Origin: an archaeon
GTDB lineage: Archaea; Nanobdellota; Nanobdellia; SCGC-AAA011-G17; GW2011-AR17
Length of the DNA stretch: 64,000 nucleotides
Reading direction: 5' to 3'
NCBI GenBank assembly: GCA_018692925.1
Contig: JABHLH010000019.1
Location: 63,322 to 127,321 of the forward strand
Positions 10,260 through 18,175 of this stretch are shown here, piece after piece (the stretch's first letter is position 1; each line of letters opens with the position of its first letter). The notes under the pieces are model-generated. The model did not search any database and was not told the origin of the DNA. It saw only the letters and a program-made list of their open reading frames with translations. The position numbers and the translations under genes are program-made.

Positions 10260-10703
10260 ATGAGTTTTTCAGCAATGTTAGATCCGGTTTTGAATCCTGT
10301 AATGAGTATTCCATCACCTTGGAATTTAATTCTTATTTCATTTATTATCACGTCGATAGTAACTCTAGCTTACAAATTTTTTACTGATCAGAAATTAATG
10401 AAAGAATTAAAAGGTGAGATGAAAAGTTTGCAGAAAGAGATGAAAGAATTTAAAAATCATCCTGAAAAAATGATGGCTGCACAAAAGAAAGTCATGGAAA
10501 AAAATATGAAGTACATGATGCAAAGTTTTAAGCCAACTATAATTACAATGATTCCAATTATCTTTATCTTTACATGGTTGAGAGCATATTATGTTGATGC
10601 TGGTGATCCTGCAGTATTATTTGGGCTTAGTTGGTTCTGGAGTTATTTGATAGTTACATTAGTTCTTAGTATGAGTATGAGAAAATTATTGAAGTTACAT
10701 TAA
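10260..10703 (+). CDS. DUF106 family membrane protein (archaeal Oxa1/YidC/EMC3-like insertase candidate)
   Basis: 147 aa with TM1, a coiled-coil (KELKGEMKSLQKEMKEF) and two further TMs. Follows secY, as DUF106 genes commonly do. No adenylate kinase lies between. Confidence 0.45.
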   Translation: MSFSAMLDPVLNPVMSIPSPWNLILISFIITSIVTLAYKFFTDQKLMKELKGEMKSLQKEMKEFKNHPEKMMAAQKKVMEKNMKYMMQSFKPTIITMIPIIFIFTWLRAYYVDAGDPAVLFGLSWFWSYLIVTLVLSMSMRKLLKLH

Positions 10704-11272
10704 AGAAAAGGATTTTTTTCAAAAGTTATTATAGGAGTAGCATTAGAAATAATATCTTCATCAACACCATATTTAATATTGTAAAGAGTTGCAACAGAAC
10801 AGAATAGAGCTTTTGTATAATCAAAACCTAATTTTTCCGAAACTAGTTTTACAAGTTCTTCAGATTTGCCTTCGACTTCTACAAAAGGTTCTAAAAAAGG
10901 CCATTCATCAATACAAACTTCAACTTCATCAAGAATCCAAAGTTCTCTTTTAGTTTCTTGATATGCCTTTTTTTTACAACCTAAAGTTGTTAAGAATAAT
11001 TCAGCATCAGAAAAATGATCAATATTAAGACATACTTCTTTTTGATTATGGATTTGGTTTCCATCAATAACCTTTAAACTCATTGTAATCCTATCTGATT
11101 CATCTCTAACTCTTAACCAGGCATTATCAATTTCATTGTTTTTAGGTAAAGTAAATACGGATCTCTTCATTAAGAATTCTTTTTTAATCAATTTTGCCCC
11201 AAGTTCTATTAGTTTATTCCTAATTTCATCTTTGATAATATTGGGAAAAGTAGCTTCATATTCAATTTCCAT
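10700..11272 (-). CDS. CYTH-domain protein (triphosphate tunnel metalloenzyme / class IV adenylyl cyclase-like)
   Basis: N-terminal EIEYEATF strand with alternating acidic residues is typical of the CYTH tunnel. Size is about 190 aa. Confidence 0.5.
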   Translation of the reverse strand: MEIEYEATFPNIIKDEIRNKLIELGAKLIKKEFLMKRSVFTLPKNNEIDNAWLRVRDESDRITMSLKVIDGNQIHNQKEVCLNIDHFSDAELFLTTLGCKKKAYQETKRELWILDEVEVCIDEWPFLEPFVEVEGKSEELVKLVSEKLGFDYTKALFCSVATLYNIKYGVDEDIISNATPIITFEKNPFL

Positions 11273-11315
11273 GAATAGATGGATAAATTAATGATTTATA
11301 AAATTTGTTAGTTGT

Positions 11316-11345
11316 CGAAAGCTTTATAAATCCCCATTTTTTCAG
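11316..11345 (+). promoter_or_regulatory. archaeal BRE/TATA promoter (GAAAGCTTTATAAATCCCCATTTTT) driving leaderless rpl34e
   Basis: A 25-nt element near-identical to the one upstream of the 5S rRNA. The ATG at 11353 lies about 25 nt past the TATA centre. Confidence 0.6.
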
Positions 11346-11352
11346 TTCTTTC

Positions 11353-11616
11353 ATGCAATTAAAACATAAAAATAGGTCTTTTAGAAGAGTAATTGTAAAG
11401 TTAGCAAATAGATTAACTGTACATTACAAAAGGAATAAGCCAAAGAAAGCACACTGTTCAAACTGTGGTGGTAAATTGGCTGGAGTACCTAGAGAAAGAC
11501 CATACAAAATGAGAAATATGCCTAAGACAGCAAAGAGGCCAGAGCGACCATTTGGTGGTAAGCTTTGTTCAAAATGTTTAAGAGCTGAAATGAAGTCAAA
11601 GGCAAGATCTTTGTAA
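11353..11616 (+). CDS. rpl34e: 50S ribosomal protein eL34
   Basis: RSFRRVIVKLANRLTVHYKRNKP...CSNCGGKLAGVPR...KRPERPFGGKLCSKC is the L34e zinc-ribbon. The track ORF starts at 11305; the ATG at 11353 sits about 25 nt downstream of a strong BRE/TATA (GAAAGCTTTATAAA at 11318-11330), so a leaderless start at 11353 is preferred. Confidence 0.8.
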   Translation: MQLKHKNRSFRRVIVKLANRLTVHYKRNKPKKAHCSNCGGKLAGVPRERPYKMRNMPKTAKRPERPFGGKLCSKCLRAEMKSKARSL

Positions 11617-11690
11617 AAGATCTCTTTATGTGGCAGAAGAAGTTTTCATGGTAACATGGAAATGGATAAAACAATAATGAGGCAAAAAAA

Positions 11691-12047
11691 ATGATTGAAG
11701 TAGGAAGAGTTTGTATAAAAATTGCTGGTAGAGATGCTGGTAAGTTAGGCGTAATTGTTGAAATTCTTGATGATAAAACTGTTATTATTGATGGTGAAGT
11801 AAGAAGAAGAAAAGTTAGTATCAAACATATTGAACCAGTTAACAGAACAGTAGAAATTAAAGCAAAGGCTACACATGCTGATGTTTTGAAAGTTCTTGAT
11901 ATTAAAGAGAAGAAAAAAAGGTCCGAAAAGAAAGAAAAAACTGTAAGACCAAGAAAAGTTAGAAAACAAAAAGTGAAAGAAGTTGTGAAGCCAAAGAAAG
12001 CTAAGAAAAAAGTTGAGAAGAAAAAGGCTGAAAAGAAAAATGGATGA
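11691..12047 (+). CDS. rpl14e: 50S ribosomal protein eL14 (KOW) with K-rich tail
   Basis: IEVGRVCIKIAGRDAGKLGVIVEILDDKTVIIDG is the L14e KOW pattern. Confidence 0.75.
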   Translation: MIEVGRVCIKIAGRDAGKLGVIVEILDDKTVIIDGEVRRRKVSIKHIEPVNRTVEIKAKATHADVLKVLDIKEKKKRSEKKEKTVRPRKVRKQKVKEVVKPKKAKKKVEKKKAEKKNG

Positions 12048-12405
12048 ACAATTACAAGAGTTAGGAATGAGAATGAAGTTTTTAGAACAGCAAATGATGC
12101 AGCTGGATCAACAACTACAAGAACTAACTAGTGTAAGAGATAGTATTGAAGAAATTTCTAAAGGTGCTGAAGGGCAGGAAATGTTAATCCCTCTTGGTGC
12201 TGGAGTTTTTGTTAAAGGTGTATTGAAAGATTGTAAAACTGTAAAAATGAATGTTGGTGCTGGAGCTGTTGTTGAAAAAAGTTTTCTAGATGCAAAAAGA
12301 TTAGTTGAAGAACAAATTGAAGCATTAGAAAATGTTAGAGAACAAATGACAGATGAAGGTAGTAAGCTTTCTCAAAATATGCAAGTTATGCAAACTGAGG
12401 AATAA
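12040..12405 (+). CDS. pfdA: prefoldin alpha subunit
   Basis: Coiled-coil, then beta hairpin IPLGAGVFVKGVL...VKMNVGAGAVVEKSF, then coiled-coil. The ATG at 12040 gives the ATGGATGA overlap with the L14e stop; an alternative in-frame start is at 12013. Confidence 0.7.
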   Translation: MDEQLQELGMRMKFLEQQMMQLDQQLQELTSVRDSIEEISKGAEGQEMLIPLGAGVFVKGVLKDCKTVKMNVGAGAVVEKSFLDAKRLVEEQIEALENVREQMTDEGSKLSQNMQVMQTEE

Positions 12406-12416
12406 TTTTATTTTTT

Positions 12417-13238
12417 TTATATATTAAAAAATTGTTTAGTTAGTTCTATGTTTACAGGTCTTTGTCTAATAGCTTTTATTAGTCTAGGATTAAGATTTTT
12501 AATTTGTATTTGTTCTTTTGCCCATTCTGTTTGTTCATCAATTTCGTCGTCAGTTTCTGCTTCTATTTTTATGTCTGTTTTTGCTAATGAGTCTACTAAA
12601 TATAAGATTCCTAGTTCGTAGCTAAAGTTTTTGAAAGTTCTTGCTTTCCTTTCTATGCTTGCTTTTGTAATTTGGCTTCTAACAGTTTCAAGGTTATATC
12701 CTTCTTCAAATATTTTAAGTTCTCTTCTAAGATAACCAAAGGCAAAGTGGTTAGCTGCACAAAAAGCTACATAATGAATTTGGTGATCTGTAAGACCTTC
12801 TTCTCTTAAGAAATAAGTTATATTGTTTAGAATTATTCTTCCAGATTCTTCTTCGTGTTTATCAAAATTAGTTTTTCCTTTTTTTAGGAATTTTCCTAAG
12901 TCGTGTATAGGTAAAGAAAGTCTTAGTAGTTTTTCTTTAGAGATGCCATCAATTTGATCCCCTAAGTATTTGTCAACTTTTTCGATTATACTCCATTGAG
13001 TTAAGTAATCTCTTAGTTCAGTATCATAAGCTTCTCTTGTTTTTATGGAGTGTGTTTGAATACCCCATTGGTGCCAGGAAGGATTATGTTCTTCAATTGC
13101 GTCTGGGTTGCTTAAGAACCTTTGTCTTTCTTCTTCAGAAAGATGATAGTTGCTTTCAATAAGTCCTCTTGCAAATTCAGGTAGTTTTTCTTCCAATGTC
13201 CTTATTTCCATTTTAGTATCCCATTGCTTGTCTTGCAA
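12417..13238 (-). CDS. HD-domain phosphohydrolase-like protein
   Basis: H...H (WHQWGIQTH), then HD (LPIHDLGKF), then downstream H/D residues, in HD superfamily spacing. The track start at 13238 is a TTG; the first ATG is at 13211. Confidence 0.45.
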   Translation of the reverse strand: MQDKQWDTKMEIRTLEEKLPEFARGLIESNYHLSEEERQRFLSNPDAIEEHNPSWHQWGIQTHSIKTREAYDTELRDYLTQWSIIEKVDKYLGDQIDGISKEKLLRLSLPIHDLGKFLKKGKTNFDKHEEESGRIILNNITYFLREEGLTDHQIHYVAFCAANHFAFGYLRRELKIFEEGYNLETVRSQITKASIERKARTFKNFSYELGILYLVDSLAKTDIKIEAETDDEIDEQTEWAKEQIQIKNLNPRLIKAIRQRPVNIELTKQFFNI

Positions 13239-13455
13239 GCCATTTTGCTTTAGTCTGTGTCCAATTTGGATGTTTTTCTAAAAGGATTCTCTCAATCCTT
13301 TTCAGTTGGAGTTGGGTTTCTTCTTTCATTTTATATTTAGAGTTGAGGATTATTAGTTAAATCTTTGTTGAAGAAATATCTACAACAGAACTAAGTGAAA
13401 ATCTTTCGATTTATCTTACTAAATGCTTATATATTTCAAATCCAAAGGTATGTGT

Positions 13456-14823
13456 ATGCGAGATAAGTTCCTAAAATATTATTTGAGGAAGGAAATTCAA
13501 CAGAAAATGCTAGAGATAGCTGAAGATAGAGAGATCGCTCCTAGGTATGGAGATGGTTTTGGTCGAAGACCGGATGTATTAAATTTTTTAGGAGATATTA
13601 AAGATATGGCAAAAAAAGGTGCTACCTCTTTTCATGTTTCTGAAGAAAGATGGACTAACCCTTTACAATTAAAAGCAGGAATGACAAAAAGAGAATTAGA
13701 TGCAAATAGAAAAGGTTGGGATTTAATTTTAGATATTGATACAGTACATTGGGATTATGCAAAACTAACTGCATATTTTCTTATTGAAGCAATAAAATTT
13801 CATGATGTGAAAAATGTTTCTATAAAATTTTCAGGAAATAAAGGATTTCATATTGGAATCCCATTTGAATCTTTTCCAGACGAAGTTAATGGAGTAAATA
13901 TTAAAGACTGGTTTCCAGAAGGACCGAGAATAATTACAGAGTATTTAGAAAATATGATTTGGGATATGTTAGCAAATAAAATTTTAGAAAAAGAAAATGT
14001 AACAGACATTGCAAAGAAAATAGAAAAACCAAAAGAAGAATTAATGAAAGATGGAAAGTTTAATCCTTTTGTTCTCGTCGATATTGATACAATATTAATT
14101 TCAAATAGACATTTGTTTAGATGTGTTTATTCCTTACATGAAAAAAGTATGTTAGCTTCAGTACCAATACCTATCGATAAAGTTATGGATTTTGAAAAAG
14201 TTGATGCAGATCCAGAGAAAATTCAAACAACAATGAGTTTTTTAGATAGAAGTAAAAGTGAAAATAATGATGCAAAACAATTATTGATTCAAGCTTTTGA
14301 TTGGCACGGGAAAAAAAATGCTATAAGAGGAAGTGAAGGATTAGTTGAAGTTGAAAGAAAAATGATTAATGTTCCTAAGAATGCAATTGCTGAAAACCAT
14401 TTTCCAAAGTGTATAGAAAAAATATTAGAAGGGAAATTAGAAGATGGAAAGAAAAGAGCTTTGTTTGTTTTAATTAATTTTTTGAAATCTATGAATTGGA
14501 GACATGATGATATGGTTGAAAGATTAAAGCAATGGAATAAAAGTAATAAACAGCCTCTGAGTCCAAGTTATTTTATTGGACAAATGAATTGGCATAAAAA
14601 ACAAAAAGAAAGTATTCTTCCACCTAACTGTAGTAATAATGCTTATTATAGAGATCTTGGAATTGCTTGTGAAAAACATATTTGTGAGAAATTTAAGAAC
14701 CCTGTGAATTGTGCAAAGAGATCTCAATGGATTGAACAAGAGAATAAAAAAAAGTCTGCAAGAAAAGTGAAAAAAGTAAAGAAAGTAAAAAAAGTAAAAA
14801 AGAAAGTTAAACCAGAGAGTTGA
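13456..14823 (+). CDS. priS: DNA primase small (catalytic) subunit PriS with C-terminal helical/Zn extension and K-rich tail
   Basis: AEP motifs LILDIDTV (motif I) and SGNKGFHIGIPF (motif II), plus VLVDIDTIL...R..YSLHEKS (motif III). A TATA (TTATATAT, 13428-13435) predicts a leaderless start at ATG 13456 (MRDKF); in-frame ATGs also exist at 13423 and 13450. The C-terminal 130 aa look PriCT/PriL-like (GKKRALFVLINFL...WNKSNKQPLSPS) and carry a 4-Cys cluster. Confidence 0.8.
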   Translation: MRDKFLKYYLRKEIQQKMLEIAEDREIAPRYGDGFGRRPDVLNFLGDIKDMAKKGATSFHVSEERWTNPLQLKAGMTKRELDANRKGWDLILDIDTVHWDYAKLTAYFLIEAIKFHDVKNVSIKFSGNKGFHIGIPFESFPDEVNGVNIKDWFPEGPRIITEYLENMIWDMLANKILEKENVTDIAKKIEKPKEELMKDGKFNPFVLVDIDTILISNRHLFRCVYSLHEKSMLASVPIPIDKVMDFEKVDADPEKIQTTMSFLDRSKSENNDAKQLLIQAFDWHGKKNAIRGSEGLVEVERKMINVPKNAIAENHFPKCIEKILEGKLEDGKKRALFVLINFLKSMNWRHDDMVERLKQWNKSNKQPLSPSYFIGQMNWHKKQKESILPPNCSNNAYYRDLGIACEKHICEKFKNPVNCAKRSQWIEQENKKKSARKVKKVKKVKKVKKKVKPES

Positions 14824-14875
14824 ATAATTCTTTAACGGGGGCTTTAAATAACAGCCTCGGTGAATAAATTAAGTT

Positions 14876-15238
14876 ATGAGTGTAGCAGAATTAATAGAAA
14901 GAGAATATTCCTTTTTAGATCAATTTAGAAAGAGTACAATTGGACAATTGTTTAATGAAGATACTACTGGAGGTTTTATTAGTGATAATGGAGTTAGACA
15001 TTTTTGTAATAGATATGAAAATCCAACAGAATCATATATTCAAGCAATCCAATATTTACAAAGTATGGGAGCAGTTATGGAAAATACTGTAGGTAGAGAC
15101 TATTGGATTTTAAGAAATGAAATAAACCTTGTTGATAGAAGTTTTGATCCTGAATTATATTCTAAAGCAGAAAAAGCTATGAATGGGATTAGAAAGGAAG
15201 TTGAAGAAAGAGAACAAAGATTAAGAGTAGTAGAATAA
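14876..15238 (+). CDS. hypothetical protein
   Basis: 120-aa ORF with its own spacing after priS. No recognisable motif. Confidence 0.35.
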   Translation: MSVAELIEREYSFLDQFRKSTIGQLFNEDTTGGFISDNGVRHFCNRYENPTESYIQAIQYLQSMGAVMENTVGRDYWILRNEINLVDRSFDPELYSKAEKAMNGIRKEVEEREQRLRVVE

Positions 15239-15270
15239 TTCTTTTATAGTATAAGTTTAATCTAATTAAT

Positions 15271-16077
15271 ATGATAGCAGTTACTGATTTAACATCTTTT
15301 ATGTATTGTCCTAGAAAGTTATATTTTAGAAAAGTTTTGAAAATTAAAGAAGATATACAAGAATTGCCAGTAAAAGGAATAATAAAACATAAAGTCTATG
15401 AGTTAGTTGTAAGAAAAGATAGAGAAATAATTGCTTCTTTAACTGAGAAAGAAAGCTTAGAAGATTTTGAAATGAAATTTAGAAGAAATTACTATCAAAC
15501 AATATTGTTAGTTCTAAGAATGTATAAAAAAAATTTGAAAGAATTAGAATTGAAAGGTTTAGAAGTTTATCAAGAAATTTGGCCGTTCTTTTTAGATGAA
15601 GCAAAAGCAAGAAGTAAAGAAATTTATGATTTTGCAAAAGAAAATAATATTTATGGTGAAGCATTGTGGATGAAATTACCAAAAGGTTTACCAGAGATTA
15701 GAGTTAGTTCAGAAGCATTAGGAATGAGAGGAATTGTGGACCAAGTAAATGTTGATGAAGGATTTATTCCAATTGAAATCAAAACAGGGAAGGCACCAAA
15801 AGATGGAGTCTGGAAAGAACATAAAATTCAAGTTGGAGCCTATATGATGTTACTAAGTGAACATTATGGAACTGAAATTAAAGAAGGTTATGTTGAGTAT
15901 AGGATGGCAAATGAAAAGAGAAAAGTTGTTATGAATGAATTTCTTAGAGAAGATATTTTAGATTTAATAGAGAGAGTTAATGAATTATTAAAAAGTGATT
16001 CAAAACCTGAAAGAGTAAAAGTAGAATGGAAATGTGAAAATTGTGGAATTAGAGAAAAATGTTATTCTGCTGAGTAA
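15271..16077 (+). CDS. Cas4-like PD-(D/E)XK nuclease with 4-Cys Fe-S cluster (DUF83 family), stand-alone
   Basis: N-terminal ITDLTSFMYCPRKLYF is the Cas4 Cys1 motif. GIVDQV...IPIEIKTGK is the D..EIK nuclease motif. QVGAYMMLL is QxxxY. C-terminal CENCGIREKC supplies the other three Cys. A TATA 25 nt upstream implies a leaderless transcript. No cas genes or array nearby. Confidence 0.7.
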   Translation: MIAVTDLTSFMYCPRKLYFRKVLKIKEDIQELPVKGIIKHKVYELVVRKDREIIASLTEKESLEDFEMKFRRNYYQTILLVLRMYKKNLKELELKGLEVYQEIWPFFLDEAKARSKEIYDFAKENNIYGEALWMKLPKGLPEIRVSSEALGMRGIVDQVNVDEGFIPIEIKTGKAPKDGVWKEHKIQVGAYMMLLSEHYGTEIKEGYVEYRMANEKRKVVMNEFLREDILDLIERVNELLKSDSKPERVKVEWKCENCGIREKCYSAE

Positions 16078-16110
16078 GTTTTATAAAAGTTTGATTTAAT
16101 TATAGTTCTC

Positions 16111-16905
16111 ATGAAAATTGGTTTTATAGGTTCGGGAAATATGGCGAAAGCTTTAATGAAAGGTATTTTAGATAAAGGTATAAGTTCAAATGAAGAAATT
16201 ATAAGTTCAGATATTTTTCCAGAAGCTTTAGAATTTGTAAAAAAAGAATATTCAATTAAAACTACTGAGGACAATAAAGAAGTGGTTAGAAATTCAGAGA
16301 TTATATTTTTAGCTGTGAAACCACAAATTATGAATGAGGTTTTGGAAGGAATAAAAGAAGAGATTAATGAACAATTAATTGTTTCAATTGCAGCTGGAGT
16401 TACTTTAAAACAAATTGAAAAGGTTTTAGAAGGAAAGAAAATAATTAGAGTTATGCCAAACACACCTTGTTTAGTTGGAGAGATGGCTGCAGGATTTAGT
16501 GTTAATGAATTTGTTAATGAAGAAGAATTAAAAAAAATTGAAACTGTTTTGAGATGTTCTGGAGTTGCATATAATTTAGAAGAAAAAGATTTGGATGCAG
16601 TTACAGGATTAAGTGGTTCTGGACCAGCATTTGTTGCAAGGTTAATTGAAGCATTTACTGAAGCTGGAATTGAAAATGGTTTGGATAAAGATGTAGCTTA
16701 TTCTTTGAGCTTGAAGACTTTTTTAGGAACAGCGAAATTGTTGGAAGAAAAAGGATTGGAAGCTGGGAAATTAGTAGAAATGGTGAGCTCTCCGAATGGA
16801 ACAACAGTTGCAGGAAGAGAAATTTTAGAAAGTTCCGACTATAAAGAGATCATTAAGAAAACAATAAATAGAGCTAAAGAAAGAAGTATAGAATTGGGAG
16901 AATAG
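16111..16905 (+). CDS. proC: pyrroline-5-carboxylate reductase
   Basis: IGFIGSGNMAKAL (Rossmann), LAVKPQ, RVMPNTP, GSGPAF, SSPNGTT are all ProC signature blocks. Confidence 0.85.
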   Translation: MKIGFIGSGNMAKALMKGILDKGISSNEEIISSDIFPEALEFVKKEYSIKTTEDNKEVVRNSEIIFLAVKPQIMNEVLEGIKEEINEQLIVSIAAGVTLKQIEKVLEGKKIIRVMPNTPCLVGEMAAGFSVNEFVNEEELKKIETVLRCSGVAYNLEEKDLDAVTGLSGSGPAFVARLIEAFTEAGIENGLDKDVAYSLSLKTFLGTAKLLEEKGLEAGKLVEMVSSPNGTTVAGREILESSDYKEIIKKTINRAKERSIELGE

Positions 16906-16906
16906 A

Positions 16907-16935
16907 AAGCTTTATAAATTCCCCATTTTTCTGTA
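16907..16935 (+). promoter_or_regulatory. archaeal BRE/TATA promoter of 5S rRNA
   Basis: GAAAGCTTTATAAATTCCCCATTTTT directly upstream of the 5S 5' end. Confidence 0.6.
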
Positions 16936-16938
16936 CTT

Positions 16939-17057
16939 ACGAGCGGCCATAGTGGCCTGGTCCCACCTGTTCCCGTTTCGAACACAGAAGTGAAATAGGC
17001 CGACGTTCCGTTGCTGTACTGCATTTAATGCGGGAAACTCGGTGCGCTGCTCACCCT
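16939..17057 (+). rRNA. rrf: 5S ribosomal RNA
   Basis: GAGCGGCCATAGTGGCCTGGTCCCACCTGTTCCCGTTTCGAACACAGAAGTGAAAT aligns with the universal 5S loop B/helix III region. The terminal helix pairs 5' GAGCGGC with 3' GCTGCTC. A BRE/TATA lies 25 nt upstream. Confidence 0.8.
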
Positions 17058-17108
17058 TTATTTTTCTACATAAATCTTATATATTAGAAGTAAAAGTGAA
17101 ATCTTAAG

Positions 17109-18125
17109 ATGGTAAGTACATTATTAGCAAAATATGAGAATAATCCTAGATTAGATATTATTATTAATTCTTCTTTTAATCAAATTCCAGATTGGGATAC
17201 TCTTAGATCTATATTTGGAGAAGGAGTTTATATTAATCCTGGAGTTCCAGAATTAGAATGGAGAGAACTTTCTTTAGCAACACCTTATGATTTAGGAAAG
17301 GATTTAGGAGAAAGAACAATTCTAGGTAAAGGTAGAGTAATTAGATTTGAAGGAAGAATGATTGATTCTTTTACAATACAAGCACAAAGAAGAGGAGTTA
17401 TAACAGATCTTTCTTGGATGGAAACAGGCCAATATTGTTTTACTTTAACAAAAGATGGAAATAATATAATTGTAGGTACAAGAGGAGGAAGTGAGAGTGT
17501 AGGACAAGTTATTGCTTTGCCTGTAGGTAGTGTTGGATATCCAAGTGAAGAAGATGAATATGTAAAAAGATTATTTTTTGGCAATTCAGAAATGGAAATT
17601 GATCCTTGTAAGTTAGCAACTATGAAGGAAGGCTGGGAAGAAGGAGCAATTCATCCTAAAGAAGATTTAGAATATTTAGATTTAATTGGTGTTTATAGAC
17701 AGGATAAAGGAAGTGCTGCCCCTTCAAATATTTTTATGTATCTTAGTAGATTAAATATCGATGGAAAAGAAATCATTGAAAGACATAGAAGATCAATGAG
17801 AGAATATAATGCTATTAAAGATAAATTTAAAACAAATGCAGACTCTTCTCAAGTAGAAATAATGGCAAGAACCCATTTACAAATCTTGGCTTTTCATTTA
17901 CCTGAAAACGGTTGGGCAAAAGATGCTTGGGAAAATGAAAGTTTAAGTTTGTGGCCAGCAGATCCAAGAGATTTGGTAAAGATGTTTGAAGCAAAACCAA
18001 ATGAAAATTTAAAACATGGAATGTATGGTGCAATTGCTCTTTATGTTTTAGATACAAATGAGAATTTATTTGGTAGATTAATGAGCCTTCCACAATTTAA
18101 AGAACAATTAAAAGAAGATTTTTAA
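17109..18125 (+). CDS. hypothetical protein (338 aa)
   Basis: Long ORF with a leaderless-type promoter (CTTATATATT at 17077-17086). No known motif recognised. Confidence 0.4.
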   Translation: MVSTLLAKYENNPRLDIIINSSFNQIPDWDTLRSIFGEGVYINPGVPELEWRELSLATPYDLGKDLGERTILGKGRVIRFEGRMIDSFTIQAQRRGVITDLSWMETGQYCFTLTKDGNNIIVGTRGGSESVGQVIALPVGSVGYPSEEDEYVKRLFFGNSEMEIDPCKLATMKEGWEEGAIHPKEDLEYLDLIGVYRQDKGSAAPSNIFMYLSRLNIDGKEIIERHRRSMREYNAIKDKFKTNADSSQVEIMARTHLQILAFHLPENGWAKDAWENESLSLWPADPRDLVKMFEAKPNENLKHGMYGAIALYVLDTNENLFGRLMSLPQFKEQLKEDF

Positions 18126-18133
18126 TTTTTATT

Positions 18134-18160
18134 TTCTTTATCTTAGAAAGATATATAAAT
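18134..18160 (+). promoter_or_regulatory. promoter with conserved TTCTTTATCTTAGA element plus TATA box
   Basis: The same 14-mer plus TATAAAT recurs at 19257-19284 upstream of the next gene. Confidence 0.5.
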
Positions 18161-18175
18161 AAAATTATCCTTTAA

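Noticed and set aside
10226-10260. Absence of adenylate kinase after secY as a possible gene loss signal.
   Set aside because: adk may simply reside elsewhere. Not informative from a 64-kb window.
14830-14875. GGGGGCTTTAAATAACAGCCTCGG imperfect palindrome after priS as a terminator hairpin.
   Set aside because: Only a 5-6 bp imperfect stem. Archaeal termination usually relies on T-tracts. Too weak to call.
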